Shown one piece after another: positions 47,545-56,483 of a stretch of 64,000 bases of DNA. Each line of letters begins with the position of its first letter. The first letter of the stretch is position 1. The stretch lies in IMG/VR virus record IMGVR_UViG_3300032272_000009, positions 1 through 64,000 of that record. The stretch is one strand, 5' to 3'. The DNA comes from a virus. Taxonomy: Duplodnaviria > Caudoviricetes. Made by a program: the position numbers and the translations under genes. A model generated the notes under the pieces. The model worked only from the letters and a program-made list of their open reading frames with translations, ran no database searches and had not been told where the DNA came from.

Positions 47545-47619
47545 CTCCTGTGTTATAATTTGGTGCCTGTGTTAAATTAATAAGAGCGAGACCTCGAACA
47601 CAGGCATAAGAGGTCTCGC
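47545..47619 (-). promoter_or_regulatory. hairpin plus loop-complementary repeats over the chaperone RBS
   Basis: 10-bp stem GCGAGACCTC; loop TGCCTGTGTT is complementary to AACACAGGCA and to AACACAGG(AG). Confidence 0.55.
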
Positions 47620-47656
47620 AATCTAAGGTAAAGAAACTTACCAAAGCAGGTTTAGA

Positions 47657-48826
47657 TTAAGCGTCTATTCGAGACAGTTTAATCATGTAGTCATTTACAG
47701 TATCGCGCAATGCTTTGAATGAACCAGATTGCATCAAAAATGCATCTTTTCCAGATATAGGAGTGTCAAGTGATTCAAATTTACATTTAGGCATATCGAC
47801 CCCAATTGCATTATCATCGCCGTCCTTAAGGATGATTGTTACACTGAATGATTCTGCCGCAACAAACTTATTATACAGCTCAAGATCAGCAAAGTAAACT
47901 TCTGTGTTGCCCGTGACCATCAGGCTATAAGCAGAGAGGTCACATGCACCCAAAGTACCGATTGCTTTAGCAGGGTTGATTTGATTATCAAGTGTAAGAT
48001 CAAGACTTGCAAAAGAACATGTACCAACAGTTACGCCACCAATGCGAATAACACCAACACTTGAGACTGAATTCAAGATTGAATATGCAGGGACTGGCAC
48101 ATCAGCTGTTTCGCCAGTAAGGACAATTGCTCTGGTTTCTTCTGTCAACCCGACGATTCCAAAAGTTCCATTAAGGATAGAACCTGTTGCAAAATTCAAA
48201 TTCATTGAATTGATTGCACAACCGCGATAGTACCAGTAGTAAGGAGTTGCAACATTGGTAGCTATCTTACGGATTGTATAGCCTTCTATTGGGCTTGAAC
48301 CATTCTTGCTAATGCCTGTAGCTGTAATGACAACATCAGTAAGAGCAGTTGTTGCGCCAGTCGCAGGGTATACAGTGATTTCATCTGTTCCAGTTGCCGA
48401 ACAAGTATATTCGCCATCAATAGTTGAATCAGCAACAGACGTCAATCTGAATACATCACCAGTTTCTACCAGCGCTTCAATACCAGCCTTTCCAACAATT
48501 GTGTTATCAACTGTGCCATCATTTGTTGCTGTTGTAATTGCAATTGCGCGTGGTGCAGCAGCATTCATCAGCACTGATTGCATAAAATCTGCATAAGGTG
48601 CATAAGACAATTCAAAATTTACGTCACCGTTGATATCACCATCAACAACAATCAAATCGTCTGTCTGTCGATCAGAGCGGATAACATCTGATACAGCAGT
48701 TACTATATTGTTTGCAGGGCTACCGCCAGTCGTTGGCAGAAGTGTAAATGTTGGCGTTGCATCAGTTGTGCCAAACACTGTCTCTTTGTCATAAGCTAGG
48801 CTCGTTTTATTGGTACTTGCTACCAT
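47657..48826 (-). CDS. tail tube (major tail) protein
   Basis: SDVIRSDRQ..D...GDVNFELS...YRGC.IN.MNL; no sheath gene present. Confidence 0.88.
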   Translation of the reverse strand: MVASTNKTSLAYDKETVFGTTDATPTFTLLPTTGGSPANNIVTAVSDVIRSDRQTDDLIVVDGDINGDVNFELSYAPYADFMQSVLMNAAAPRAIAITTATNDGTVDNTIVGKAGIEALVETGDVFRLTSVADSTIDGEYTCSATGTDEITVYPATGATTALTDVVITATGISKNGSSPIEGYTIRKIATNVATPYYWYYRGCAINSMNLNFATGSILNGTFGIVGLTEETRAIVLTGETADVPVPAYSILNSVSSVGVIRIGGVTVGTCSFASLDLTLDNQINPAKAIGTLGACDLSAYSLMVTGNTEVYFADLELYNKFVAAESFSVTIILKDGDDNAIGVDMPKCKFESLDTPISGKDAFLMQSGSFKALRDTVNDYMIKLSRIDA

Positions 48827-48893
48827 GATTTTTCTCCTAAGTTAAGAGTAAAATTAAGTTCAAAAAGCATGGCTACAGTTTGAACGGCTATCA

Positions 48894-49298
48894 TCATTCT
48901 TCGTCAGATACATAAGGTGTATCAACTATTAAACCGAACCAACCAACATCGGCCTCTTTATTTCTTCTAGTCATTGAAGCTTTTGTAAACAAATTATTCT
49001 GATTAATGTTATCCATAAACCCACGGATTTGATCTGAGTAAGCATATGCCTTACTAGTTCCAATATCTTTTTTGATATAAATCTTTACAGCCAAAACGCC
49101 TTCATGTCTTACTCGTCTGGTTATTGCTGATCCTATACCAACGTTTGTTGATGTGTAGTTTATAAACTTCACTGATATAAAAGCGGCTAAATTCTTATCA
49201 TCAAAGTCTACATTATCAAACTTAATTGGTGTTGTCACTCCCCAACCATCAATTAATGCTGTCTCTAAAAGCTCTCTTGTTTTATCGAGGTTAGGCAT
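48894..49298 (-). CDS. tail terminator protein
   Basis: IKFDNVDF...GVLAVKIY..K..G pattern and position. Confidence 0.7.
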   Translation of the reverse strand: MPNLDKTRELLETALIDGWGVTTPIKFDNVDFDDKNLAAFISVKFINYTSTNVGIGSAITRRVRHEGVLAVKIYIKKDIGTSKAYAYSDQIRGFMDNINQNNLFTKASMTRRNKEADVGWFGLIVDTPYVSDEE

Positions 49299-49662
49299 TT
49301 TTAGTCATCATCATAGCTTCCTGTATAAAATTCTGGTTGTGGTCATTTCCACCTTCACCATTATTCACCAACACTATATACGGGCTATTATTATAAATAG
49401 TAAACATTGTCCAGTTGCGCACATATCTATCAAAATCTGGAACTGGTGTCTCTTTAACATTTCTACCAGTATTTTCTATTACCGTCTTACCAGCTTTGCT
49501 TCCGGGTCTAGCTTTCCAATTAGCCTTCAAAGTGCCAGTAGCTTCCGGTGTAGTCTCCATAAGATTATCAAAAAGCTGTGAGGCTATTTTTTTCTTATGA
49601 TCGCCAAAGATATTAATCATAATATCTCCGACTTCTTCAAGACTACTAGCTCTAAATGGCAT
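49291..49662 (-). CDS. tail completion/neck protein (HK97 gp10-like)
   Basis: TPEATGTLKANW...IYNNSPYI. Confidence 0.75.
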   Translation of the reverse strand: MPFRASSLEEVGDIMINIFGDHKKKIASQLFDNLMETTPEATGTLKANWKARPGSKAGKTVIENTGRNVKETPVPDFDRYVRNWTMFTIYNNSPYIVLVNNGEGGNDHNQNFIQEAMMMTKNA

Positions 49663-50057
49663 TATAATCTCCTACATTTAAGATTATGAGTTGCGCCTAC
49701 TGGATCAATTGTTACTTTTCCTATTTCGTGATTTGAACCAACAAGAGTTCTTTTATTTGTTATTGTAGCTTTCATTCCCGGTCTAAACTCAGGAATAGTT
49801 CTATCGCTGTCAAGCACAATTACGCTTACATAATCTGTAGTGGCGTCAGCATTATCCTTGCCTTCTTCATCTGTGCCAAGAGCTATGCAGTCCATTGTAT
49901 AGATTACTGGTGTTGATGTAACCGATTCGGCGCCAGCAGCAGGATTATAGTTGATGCTTGATGCCTCTTCAGTAATGACCAAAGTTGACACGGCATCAGA
50001 AAGATCATCTAGCATGGCCTCTCTTAAATCTGCTTGTATGTCTGCGTAGATTCCCAT
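49662..50057 (-). CDS. head closure protein
   Basis: MGIYADIQ...YNPAAG pattern and position. Confidence 0.65.
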   Translation of the reverse strand: MGIYADIQADLREAMLDDLSDAVSTLVITEEASSINYNPAAGAESVTSTPVIYTMDCIALGTDEEGKDNADATTDYVSVIVLDSDRTIPEFRPGMKATITNKRTLVGSNHEIGKVTIDPVGATHNLKCRRL

Positions 50058-50058
50058 T

Positions 50059-50466
50059 TTATACTCTAGTCAAGCTTCCTTTAGTGTAATTGCAAACTGT
50101 CTTAAGTATTGCAATAACCTTTGACAGCGAATTTGGCTGATCTGATTTTGAATAACCATAATCTGTTTCAGTTGTGACCGGTCCTGCTTTTACCTTTTTG
50201 CTTTTTACATTTTTCTTATTGTCAAAGAATAAATCGCCTTGGATAAAATAATCATATGCGAGTAAAGTGTTTGCATATTTTACCTCATCACTTATTGCTG
50301 AGTAATCAACCACACAATCAAAATTTGCATCAATATAATATCTTCCCCATAATAAGGCGTCTTCTTTTACTTCATCATCAAGATCGAGCCAATCTTCTTT
50401 AAGCGCCAAAAAGACATCTGCTTCAGCGGCGGTAGCATAACTCTGCGTTGCTGTTGCTGTAGTCAT
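50059..50466 (-). CDS. head-tail adaptor
   Basis: SYATAAEAD..L...W...AL...YID...KVKAGPVTTE. Confidence 0.75.
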   Translation of the reverse strand: MTTATATQSYATAAEADVFLALKEDWLDLDDEVKEDALLWGRYYIDANFDCVVDYSAISDEVKYANTLLAYDYFIQGDLFFDNKKNVKSKKVKAGPVTTETDYGYSKSDQPNSLSKVIAILKTVCNYTKGSLTRV

Positions 50467-50487
50467 AATATTTTATATGCCTTTGTA

Positions 50488-50808
50488 TCAATCACAAGTC
50501 TTTATTGCTGCTTTGACTTTACATTCTCTATGCTGTCTAAGGCCGGGGCCTCCATCAATATCAATCTTGATTATATAAGTTGTCCGGTTTACAAATTCAA
50601 CGTCATATGGAACTGTTCCACGATACAAACCATCGCTAAGACTAATGTATGTAAGAGTTAGTGGCCAGACAAAACCAGCCACTTCAACCCCATTGCGATC
50701 TACAACTGTTGCAGTAATAACAGCATCATTAATATACAACCCTGATATATTATTGATTAACCCACTAACGGTAATGAGATTATCAGATAATATAAAGACT
50801 TCAGACAT
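50488..50808 (-). CDS. Ig-like virion accessory protein
   Basis: INDAVITATVVD..G...GLYRG beta-sandwich pattern. Confidence 0.55.
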   Translation of the reverse strand: MSEVFILSDNLITVSGLINNISGLYINDAVITATVVDRNGVEVAGFVWPLTLTYISLSDGLYRGTVPYDVEFVNRTTYIIKIDIDGGPGLRQHRECKVKAAIKTCD

Positions 50809-51034
50809 CTGCTTTTACCGATACAGCCTGGCGAATTGACTTAACATCAATCTTATTAGGGCCAGCTTTACGCTCACCTTGCTGGCCGGTATCTAAATCC
50901 TTTGCCCAGCCAACCTGAACCCATTCACTGTACTGCGTAGCCTGCTCAATGCCATCAGAAACAAGAACTTCGCCTTTCAGGTGATGGATTTTACCAACTT
51001 TGATTCCATCTTCTTCAACAATTTCAACTCTCAC
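50801..51034 (-). CDS. hypothetical virion-region protein
   Basis: ORF track; GGAG RBS. Confidence 0.55.
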   Translation of the reverse strand: MRVEIVEEDGIKVGKIHHLKGEVLVSDGIEQATQYSEWVQVGWAKDLDTGQQGERKAGPNKIDVKSIRQAVSVKADV

Positions 51035-51075
51035 GATTAACTACTCCAAATTTGATATTAAAATAAACAATGACA

Positions 51076-51444
51076 CTACGCGGTTGGATCAGCAATTTCA
51101 TGATCCCAAGCTGGAATATCAACTGTACCGCCTGAGGTCAGTGCCTGTGATGTGCAAGTTGTAACGTCAAGAACATTAATGCCATCAGTTAGAGCAACAT
51201 GAGTTGCCGTTCCAGTTGCTGTAATGCTTACTCCAGCCTTTGCTGCAACAGTAACTTTGCGACCAGAAACGTCACCATTTGCATTTGTGTAATCACCGCC
51301 AACCATAGCCTGAGTCGCTAGATTGTAGGTGGTTGTTGCTTCAGCCAAAGTCGTTGGTTCAGCAGAACAAACATGCTGACTGGTAGACGTTGCAATCTTA
51401 TCTAGTGCAGCATCCATAACACTATCGTGTGTAACCTTTCCCAT
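51076..51444 (-). CDS. virion fibre-associated protein
   Basis: Ala/Thr-rich; GDVSGRKVTVAA...TGTATHVAL. Confidence 0.65.
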   Translation of the reverse strand: MGKVTHDSVMDAALDKIATSTSQHVCSAEPTTLAEATTTYNLATQAMVGGDYTNANGDVSGRKVTVAAKAGVSITATGTATHVALTDGINVLDVTTCTSQALTSGGTVDIPAWDHEIADPTA

Positions 51445-51484
51445 GATCCGTCCTCACTTAAAAGTAAAAAAATTGTACCATACA

Positions 51485-53731
51485 TTAAACAGAGCTGTCA
51501 ACGTCAATCAGTCCATCTATTGGAATTGATATAACAATTCCGCCATCTATAGGTGCCGCAATAACGATCACACCACCTATTTCACCAAACAGTGATCCGA
51601 TGTTGACATTTTGAACTGTCTGTATCTGCTCAATATCGGAAACAACCAAAATATTATGTGACGCCAGGGTAACAGAATCTATATTTTGAACTTGATCAAC
51701 ACCGGCAACAATCAATGTTCCATGCTGTGCAAGTGCAATATTCTCAAGGTCTTGAGTCTGAAGAATGTCACTAATGAACAAAATATTATGCTGTAGTAGT
51801 GTTACATTCATCAATGTTTGAGTTTGATCTATTCCATCGACGCTTAATGAATTATGCTGTGTTAAAGTTATGTCTTCTATATTCTGTATTTGTTCAATAT
51901 CGTTAATTATTATAGCACTATGTTGCGTCAGTGAAAGTGAATCAATAGTTTGCGATTGATCAGAGTCCTGAACATTTAATGTGCCAGCCACAGCAAGGAT
52001 TATATTATCAATTTGCTGCGATTGAATAATATTTTGAATAGCCAATATATTATGCTGAAGTAACGCAAATATATCTATTGATTGCTCTTGATCAATTTGA
52101 TCAACCGCCAAGGAATTATGTTGTGTTATTGATACGCTGTCAATCACTTGATCTTGATTGACATTGTTAACAGCAATTATACCATGCTGTGTAAGTGATG
52201 GTGTATCTAATATTTGCGCTTGAAGTACGTCACTGATAATTAGTATATTATGTTGTGTAAGCAAAACATTGTCAATAGTTTGTGATTGTTCCAGATCACT
52301 AACTAATAGCGAATTGTGCTGGACTAGTGATACATTATCAATTGTTTGAGCCTGCGTAGAATCCTGAGCAACAAGCTGAGTTGATATTGATAGAATAACG
52401 TTATCAATTGTTTGAGGCTGTATCAAATCACCAACTAACAAATCCCCATGCTGTATGAGGTCTATATTATCAATCGCCTGAGATTGTGCAATATCACCAA
52501 CTGACAATGCTGAATGTTGAGTCAGCGAAATATTATCAATTGATTGTGATTGAAAAATATCCTGCACAACCAATGCGGTTCCACCAGCAGCAGTAAAGGT
52601 GCAATATATTGAAACTATAAGACCATCATACTCAGTTGGGGCCAGTGGATCAGGCCAAGCTGAAGCATATGTGACAGGGTCTATTAAGGCATATTGACCT
52701 GAAGAGGCAGAGTCATAATATATTTGACCACCGACGCCTCGTACCATTGGCTGATATTCAGTAGCATCTGCAATGGTTGGTGCCGTTGGGAAGGTGAAAT
52801 CCTGCCAGTGTTGCCCATTAGCAACGTCTATTACCTCTGCTGTAGTACCGTTTGTCACTAGCGCATCTGAAGTTCTACCTTCATATATAGCTGCTTTCAT
52901 GTCTTCAGTAGCTATGGTACCGTCCACAGAGGCTGTTAACTTATCGCCAGTACCAGCCCCCGCACTGTTTGTGAAGTTTGAACCGACTGCGTTAGCGAAA
53001 AGAGGTGTTGACGATGCCCCCGCTGTTGTATACCCGAACGTAGGGTCAACAATTACGGGATATACCGCAGTATCTAGGAAAGCTTGAGGGACGGTTACCG
53101 TTAGTGTACTAGTTGAATCATTATAGAAAAGGTCACACCACACCTCATTTTCAGACGCGTCTACTGCATGAGCGCGGTATATATGAAACGCTTTTCCAGC
53201 CCGGTAATGCTTCCCACCAATTGTATTATTCTTTTTTGTTTTATGATAAACAGCATACGACTTTTCAACATTAGCAGGCCTGATTGCACCTCTGTCGATC
53301 TCACCTTGTGTTAAAGGGGGTTGATACTCAAACCTAAACCCTTTTGACTGCACAGAAAATTCAATGACGTTACTTGTTGGTTTAGCTGCAAACTCAACCT
53401 CAAACTCAAAACCGCCATCTTCACCACCAGTAGCCAGCTCATAGAATCGCGCCTTTCTTCCTGCGCGTTCCCATTCGATTTTATCCGCAACAGTTTGGAT
53501 TGTTGCGACCATGTAATCATCATCAATGAGGCGTAATGAAAAATTACATTCATTATCCCAGTGCTTTGTTTTGAATTGTGGGTAAGCTATACCGGGCTGT
53601 TTTTTGTCACCGACTTCTATTTCTATACTGCGTGCTGTATCAGGTTGTTTTATATGTGCGAACGTGTTGTCGGCAACAGTGAATGCAGTGTCTACCTGCG
53701 GCGATAATTCAGCTATGTTTATCTGCGCCAT
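51485..53731 (-). CDS. putative head/neck fibre with fifteen 22-aa repeats
   Basis: 748 aa; C-terminal repeats of xxLxVxDxxQxQxIDNxxLxQH. Confidence 0.75.
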   Translation of the reverse strand: MAQINIAELSPQVDTAFTVADNTFAHIKQPDTARSIEIEVGDKKQPGIAYPQFKTKHWDNECNFSLRLIDDDYMVATIQTVADKIEWERAGRKARFYELATGGEDGGFEFEVEFAAKPTSNVIEFSVQSKGFRFEYQPPLTQGEIDRGAIRPANVEKSYAVYHKTKKNNTIGGKHYRAGKAFHIYRAHAVDASENEVWCDLFYNDSTSTLTVTVPQAFLDTAVYPVIVDPTFGYTTAGASSTPLFANAVGSNFTNSAGAGTGDKLTASVDGTIATEDMKAAIYEGRTSDALVTNGTTAEVIDVANGQHWQDFTFPTAPTIADATEYQPMVRGVGGQIYYDSASSGQYALIDPVTYASAWPDPLAPTEYDGLIVSIYCTFTAAGGTALVVQDIFQSQSIDNISLTQHSALSVGDIAQSQAIDNIDLIQHGDLLVGDLIQPQTIDNVILSISTQLVAQDSTQAQTIDNVSLVQHNSLLVSDLEQSQTIDNVLLTQHNILIISDVLQAQILDTPSLTQHGIIAVNNVNQDQVIDSVSITQHNSLAVDQIDQEQSIDIFALLQHNILAIQNIIQSQQIDNIILAVAGTLNVQDSDQSQTIDSLSLTQHSAIIINDIEQIQNIEDITLTQHNSLSVDGIDQTQTLMNVTLLQHNILFISDILQTQDLENIALAQHGTLIVAGVDQVQNIDSVTLASHNILVVSDIEQIQTVQNVNIGSLFGEIGGVIVIAAPIDGGIVISIPIDGLIDVDSSV

Positions 53732-53909
53732 GCGTTATTGCACTCAAATTGGATTGTATCAGTATAAAATAGTGTTATTTTTATAGCAGCATCCTTGCCA
53801 GTACAGTCTATATCCAAATCTTCCGTGATTAAACTTTCATTGCTCACTTCAAATTCTCCGAATTAAACTATGAGCGCTGAAAGTTTAAAATCATGCTCGT
53901 ACAAAATTA

Positions 53910-54263
53910 TTATTTTTTCTCTGCTTCTTTCTTTGCATTGTTGTATGTTGCACGAGCTGCGCGATTAATCTCGGCAAGTGAAGGTTTTTCGCGAGCAGCA
54001 ATCTTAGCTGCTTCTTCGTTAGTTTCTTCAACAATTGCGGCAGCAGCTTCTTCAGCTTCAGATTCTTCAAGCTCGGCTAGGTCGTCAGTTTCTTTTTGTT
54101 TAGCAACGACTTCTTCAGCTTCAAGTTCTTCGGCAGCAACTAATTCTGCGGCGGCAGCTTCTTGTTCGGCAACCAGTTCTTCTTCGGTTTTTTCAGTGAT
54201 AGACTCAATGGCAGCTTTTTCAGCAAGCTCTTCAGCGATTGTTTTGTCTTTTTTATTACTCAT
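53910..54263 (-). CDS. acidic Glu/Ala-rich protein after the capsid gene
   Basis: ORF track; AGG RBS; downstream hairpin. Confidence 0.65.
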   Translation of the reverse strand: MSNKKDKTIAEELAEKAAIESITEKTEEELVAEQEAAAAELVAAEELEAEEVVAKQKETDDLAELEESEAEEAAAAIVEETNEEAAKIAAREKPSLAEINRAARATYNNAKKEAEKK

Positions 54264-54392
54264 TTTAATATACCTACCTGTGGTTGTAGTTAAAATTAAT
54301 TAGTACCTTTTGCTTTAGGTATTACCGTCAAAGTCCATCCAGCATTTACAGAAACCGTTGTCGGTAGATTCTCAATAATTAATACCTTGTTT

Positions 54393-54423
54393 AAAAATGA
54401 GGCTGCTACATTACAGCCCCATT
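54393..54423 (-). terminator. capsid gene terminator
   Basis: AATGGGGCTG-8 nt-CAGCCTCATT followed by a T run. Confidence 0.7.
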
Positions 54424-54442
54424 CTAGTTCAGTTAAAGAATA

Positions 54443-55459
54443 TTAACCATTGGTTTTCAGGAATGACAGTGGGATATTCTTACGATCTGTATAGATACGA
54501 TCCCATTGTGTGGCAACTTCAAGCTGTGCACGAGTAGCAGAGATACCCTGAGCAAGACCAGTAGACAAGAAAGCAAAACCCTGTGGGTGAATGATTTCAT
54601 TGTAACGAGAATGCAAGATATCCTGACCACTACCATTACCAGAACTTGCAACACGCTCCAGTTCTGAAGGTTGCAGAGCAGGAGATTCACCATAACCGAA
54701 TGCACCAACACCAAACAGCACAGAGGTATAAACAAAACCATTTGTACCACCAGCTGTAACGTCAAGTGCATCATCAACAATTACTCGCAGACCAAGATAG
54801 GTAGCGATATTAACTTCGCCACGCGCATCAGGAATAAAAGTGATCAGATTGAGTTTCTGCAAAGTGCTGTATACAGTAGAGTGAATTGCAATGGCAGTCA
54901 CAGAGCCAGCAGCATCGCCCAGAGTGGCCAGAGCATCAATCACAGCATCAGCATGGATCAAGTTAGCAGCAACAGCACTAAGGCCAGCAGCGATTGACAC
55001 ATCAACAACCATATCACCACCATCATTGGCGATATTATCAGCCATCACGCCCATTGAAGAAGAAACCACACGCTGTTGAGTATTTACAGCCCAATAGTGA
55101 CCAATGCGATTGGTGATTGCACCAAGAGGATCAGCAAGAGCCAGCTGGCGAGATAAATCCATAGTAGACCAAGACTTATTCTGATTTGCCAGGCGATAGA
55201 TTTGAGTACCACTATCAATCTTTGCTGGCGTAGAATTTACAGCAGGATCATCCGTTGAGTAATTAGGCTCATCGTTGGTCAATGGATTGAAGTTTGGCAG
55301 TTCGCCAATCATGCCACCAGTTGAAACCATGTCGTTGATGCGAGGGTCTTGCACTAAGATACCAGATGCAAGGAAAGCGTTACGTTCTGTTGCTGATTCT
55401 TGAACAGCAGCATTAAATGCCGTTGGTTCATAAATATCTGCAAGTTGTACTGCGGCCAT
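54443..55459 (-). CDS. major capsid protein
   Basis: 338 aa after the scaffold; ELPNFNPL, WSTMDLS..LA.ADPL.AI..RIG.YW; biased codon usage. Confidence 0.9.
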   Translation of the reverse strand: MAAVQLADIYEPTAFNAAVQESATERNAFLASGILVQDPRINDMVSTGGMIGELPNFNPLTNDEPNYSTDDPAVNSTPAKIDSGTQIYRLANQNKSWSTMDLSRQLALADPLGAITNRIGHYWAVNTQQRVVSSSMGVMADNIANDGGDMVVDVSIAAGLSAVAANLIHADAVIDALATLGDAAGSVTAIAIHSTVYSTLQKLNLITFIPDARGEVNIATYLGLRVIVDDALDVTAGGTNGFVYTSVLFGVGAFGYGESPALQPSELERVASSGNGSGQDILHSRYNEIIHPQGFAFLSTGLAQGISATRAQLEVATQWDRIYTDRKNIPLSFLKTNG

Positions 55460-55463
55460 ATTG

Positions 55464-55568
55464 TTTCTCCATTTTGTTTAATCACTCAATGGAGAAAATT
55501 CGCCAAAGAGCATAAAATTTAATTTATTCTCCTCGACCAAATCAAGGGTGTTTCGACCAAATCGAAAC
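55464..55568 (-). promoter_or_regulatory. structured 5' leader of the capsid mRNA
   Basis: Two hairpins with identical TTTGG loops, then a 10-bp stem TTTCTCCATT/AATGGAGAAA hiding the RBS. Confidence 0.65.
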
Positions 55569-55598
55569 TTGAATGTTATTTTGTATCTGTCAGTGTTA

Positions 55599-55638
55599 AA
55601 AATAACCCAAACCACAAGATATGTCAAGTGGTTTGGGT
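55599..55638 (-). promoter_or_regulatory. scaffold terminator overlapping the capsid sigma70 promoter
   Basis: 11-bp stem ACCCAAACCAC/GTGGTTTGGGT; loop contains TTGACA; 17 nt later TATTTT serves as both -10 and U-tract. Confidence 0.65.
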
Positions 55639-55654
55639 AATTTATTTACATTTA

Positions 55655-56455
55655 TTACGCTACGCCAGCAGCTTTCTTGAATTGTGCTGCAAGAGCAGGA
55701 TTTTCTCTTGTTACTCTTGCCTGTTCTGTTATGTTCTTGGTTTCAGCCTTCCAAGGATTGACGTTTGATCCACCTTTGCCACCTGTATTGACGTCACCAC
55801 CTGAACCGTTATTCATGTCAGGAAAAGCAGGAGCGAATTGTGGGTCCGCCTTGAATTCTGCAACCAAATCTTTAACAGCAAAAGGAGTCGTCGCATCATC
55901 TTGAAAACGAGGATTACCTTTTTTATCTACAACTTGCTCACTGTAAGAACCATCTTCACCACGTACAGTGATAACTTGACCTTTCATATGTGGCAACAAG
56001 AACAGGGAGTTACCTTTTTCAAACTCAACCGCTTTGATCAATTTATTCTCAATCAATTCACGATCAAGAGCTTTGCGAAGACCAGTAATTTCAGTGGCAG
56101 AATCGCTTGTAACCTTATCAAGTGCAGTTTTGTGCGCAGTGTTCAATTGAATTTTCAGAGCTTCCCATTGGCCTTTGCCTTCCAGTTCGGCATCTGCAAG
56201 TTCTTTCTGCTTCTTGGCAAAGTCTTCTTTTTCGGTCAGGTATACAGCGTAACCATCCTTGTCGAAACCATCAGGAATTTGATTCTTCTTCAACTTGTCC
56301 ATCTGATCTAGCAGTTTGGTCTTGTTGGTCTTAAGGCCACTTGTTTCTGCATCAACCAACTTTTTCGCTTCTTCATTAAAAGCATCAAGTGCTGCTTGGA
56401 TTTGTATATCCGTAGCGCCCTCACCCATTAATTTTTTCATTGCCGCAAAATTCAT
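55655..56455 (-). CDS. capsid scaffolding protein
   Basis: Coiled coil, GLKTNKTKLL; tail G.GG...NPWK...NITEQ. Confidence 0.85.
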   Translation of the reverse strand: MNFAAMKKLMGEGATDIQIQAALDAFNEEAKKLVDAETSGLKTNKTKLLDQMDKLKKNQIPDGFDKDGYAVYLTEKEDFAKKQKELADAELEGKGQWEALKIQLNTAHKTALDKVTSDSATEITGLRKALDRELIENKLIKAVEFEKGNSLFLLPHMKGQVITVRGEDGSYSEQVVDKKGNPRFQDDATTPFAVKDLVAEFKADPQFAPAFPDMNNGSGGDVNTGGKGGSNVNPWKAETKNITEQARVTRENPALAAQFKKAAGVA

Positions 56456-56483
56456 TTTGTTCTCCTGTGCATTCTAACTGATA

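Noticed and set aside
54264-54392. ncRNA in the gap after the capsid terminator
   Set aside because: Only a weak 5-bp hairpin; no tRNA arms or repeated motifs.
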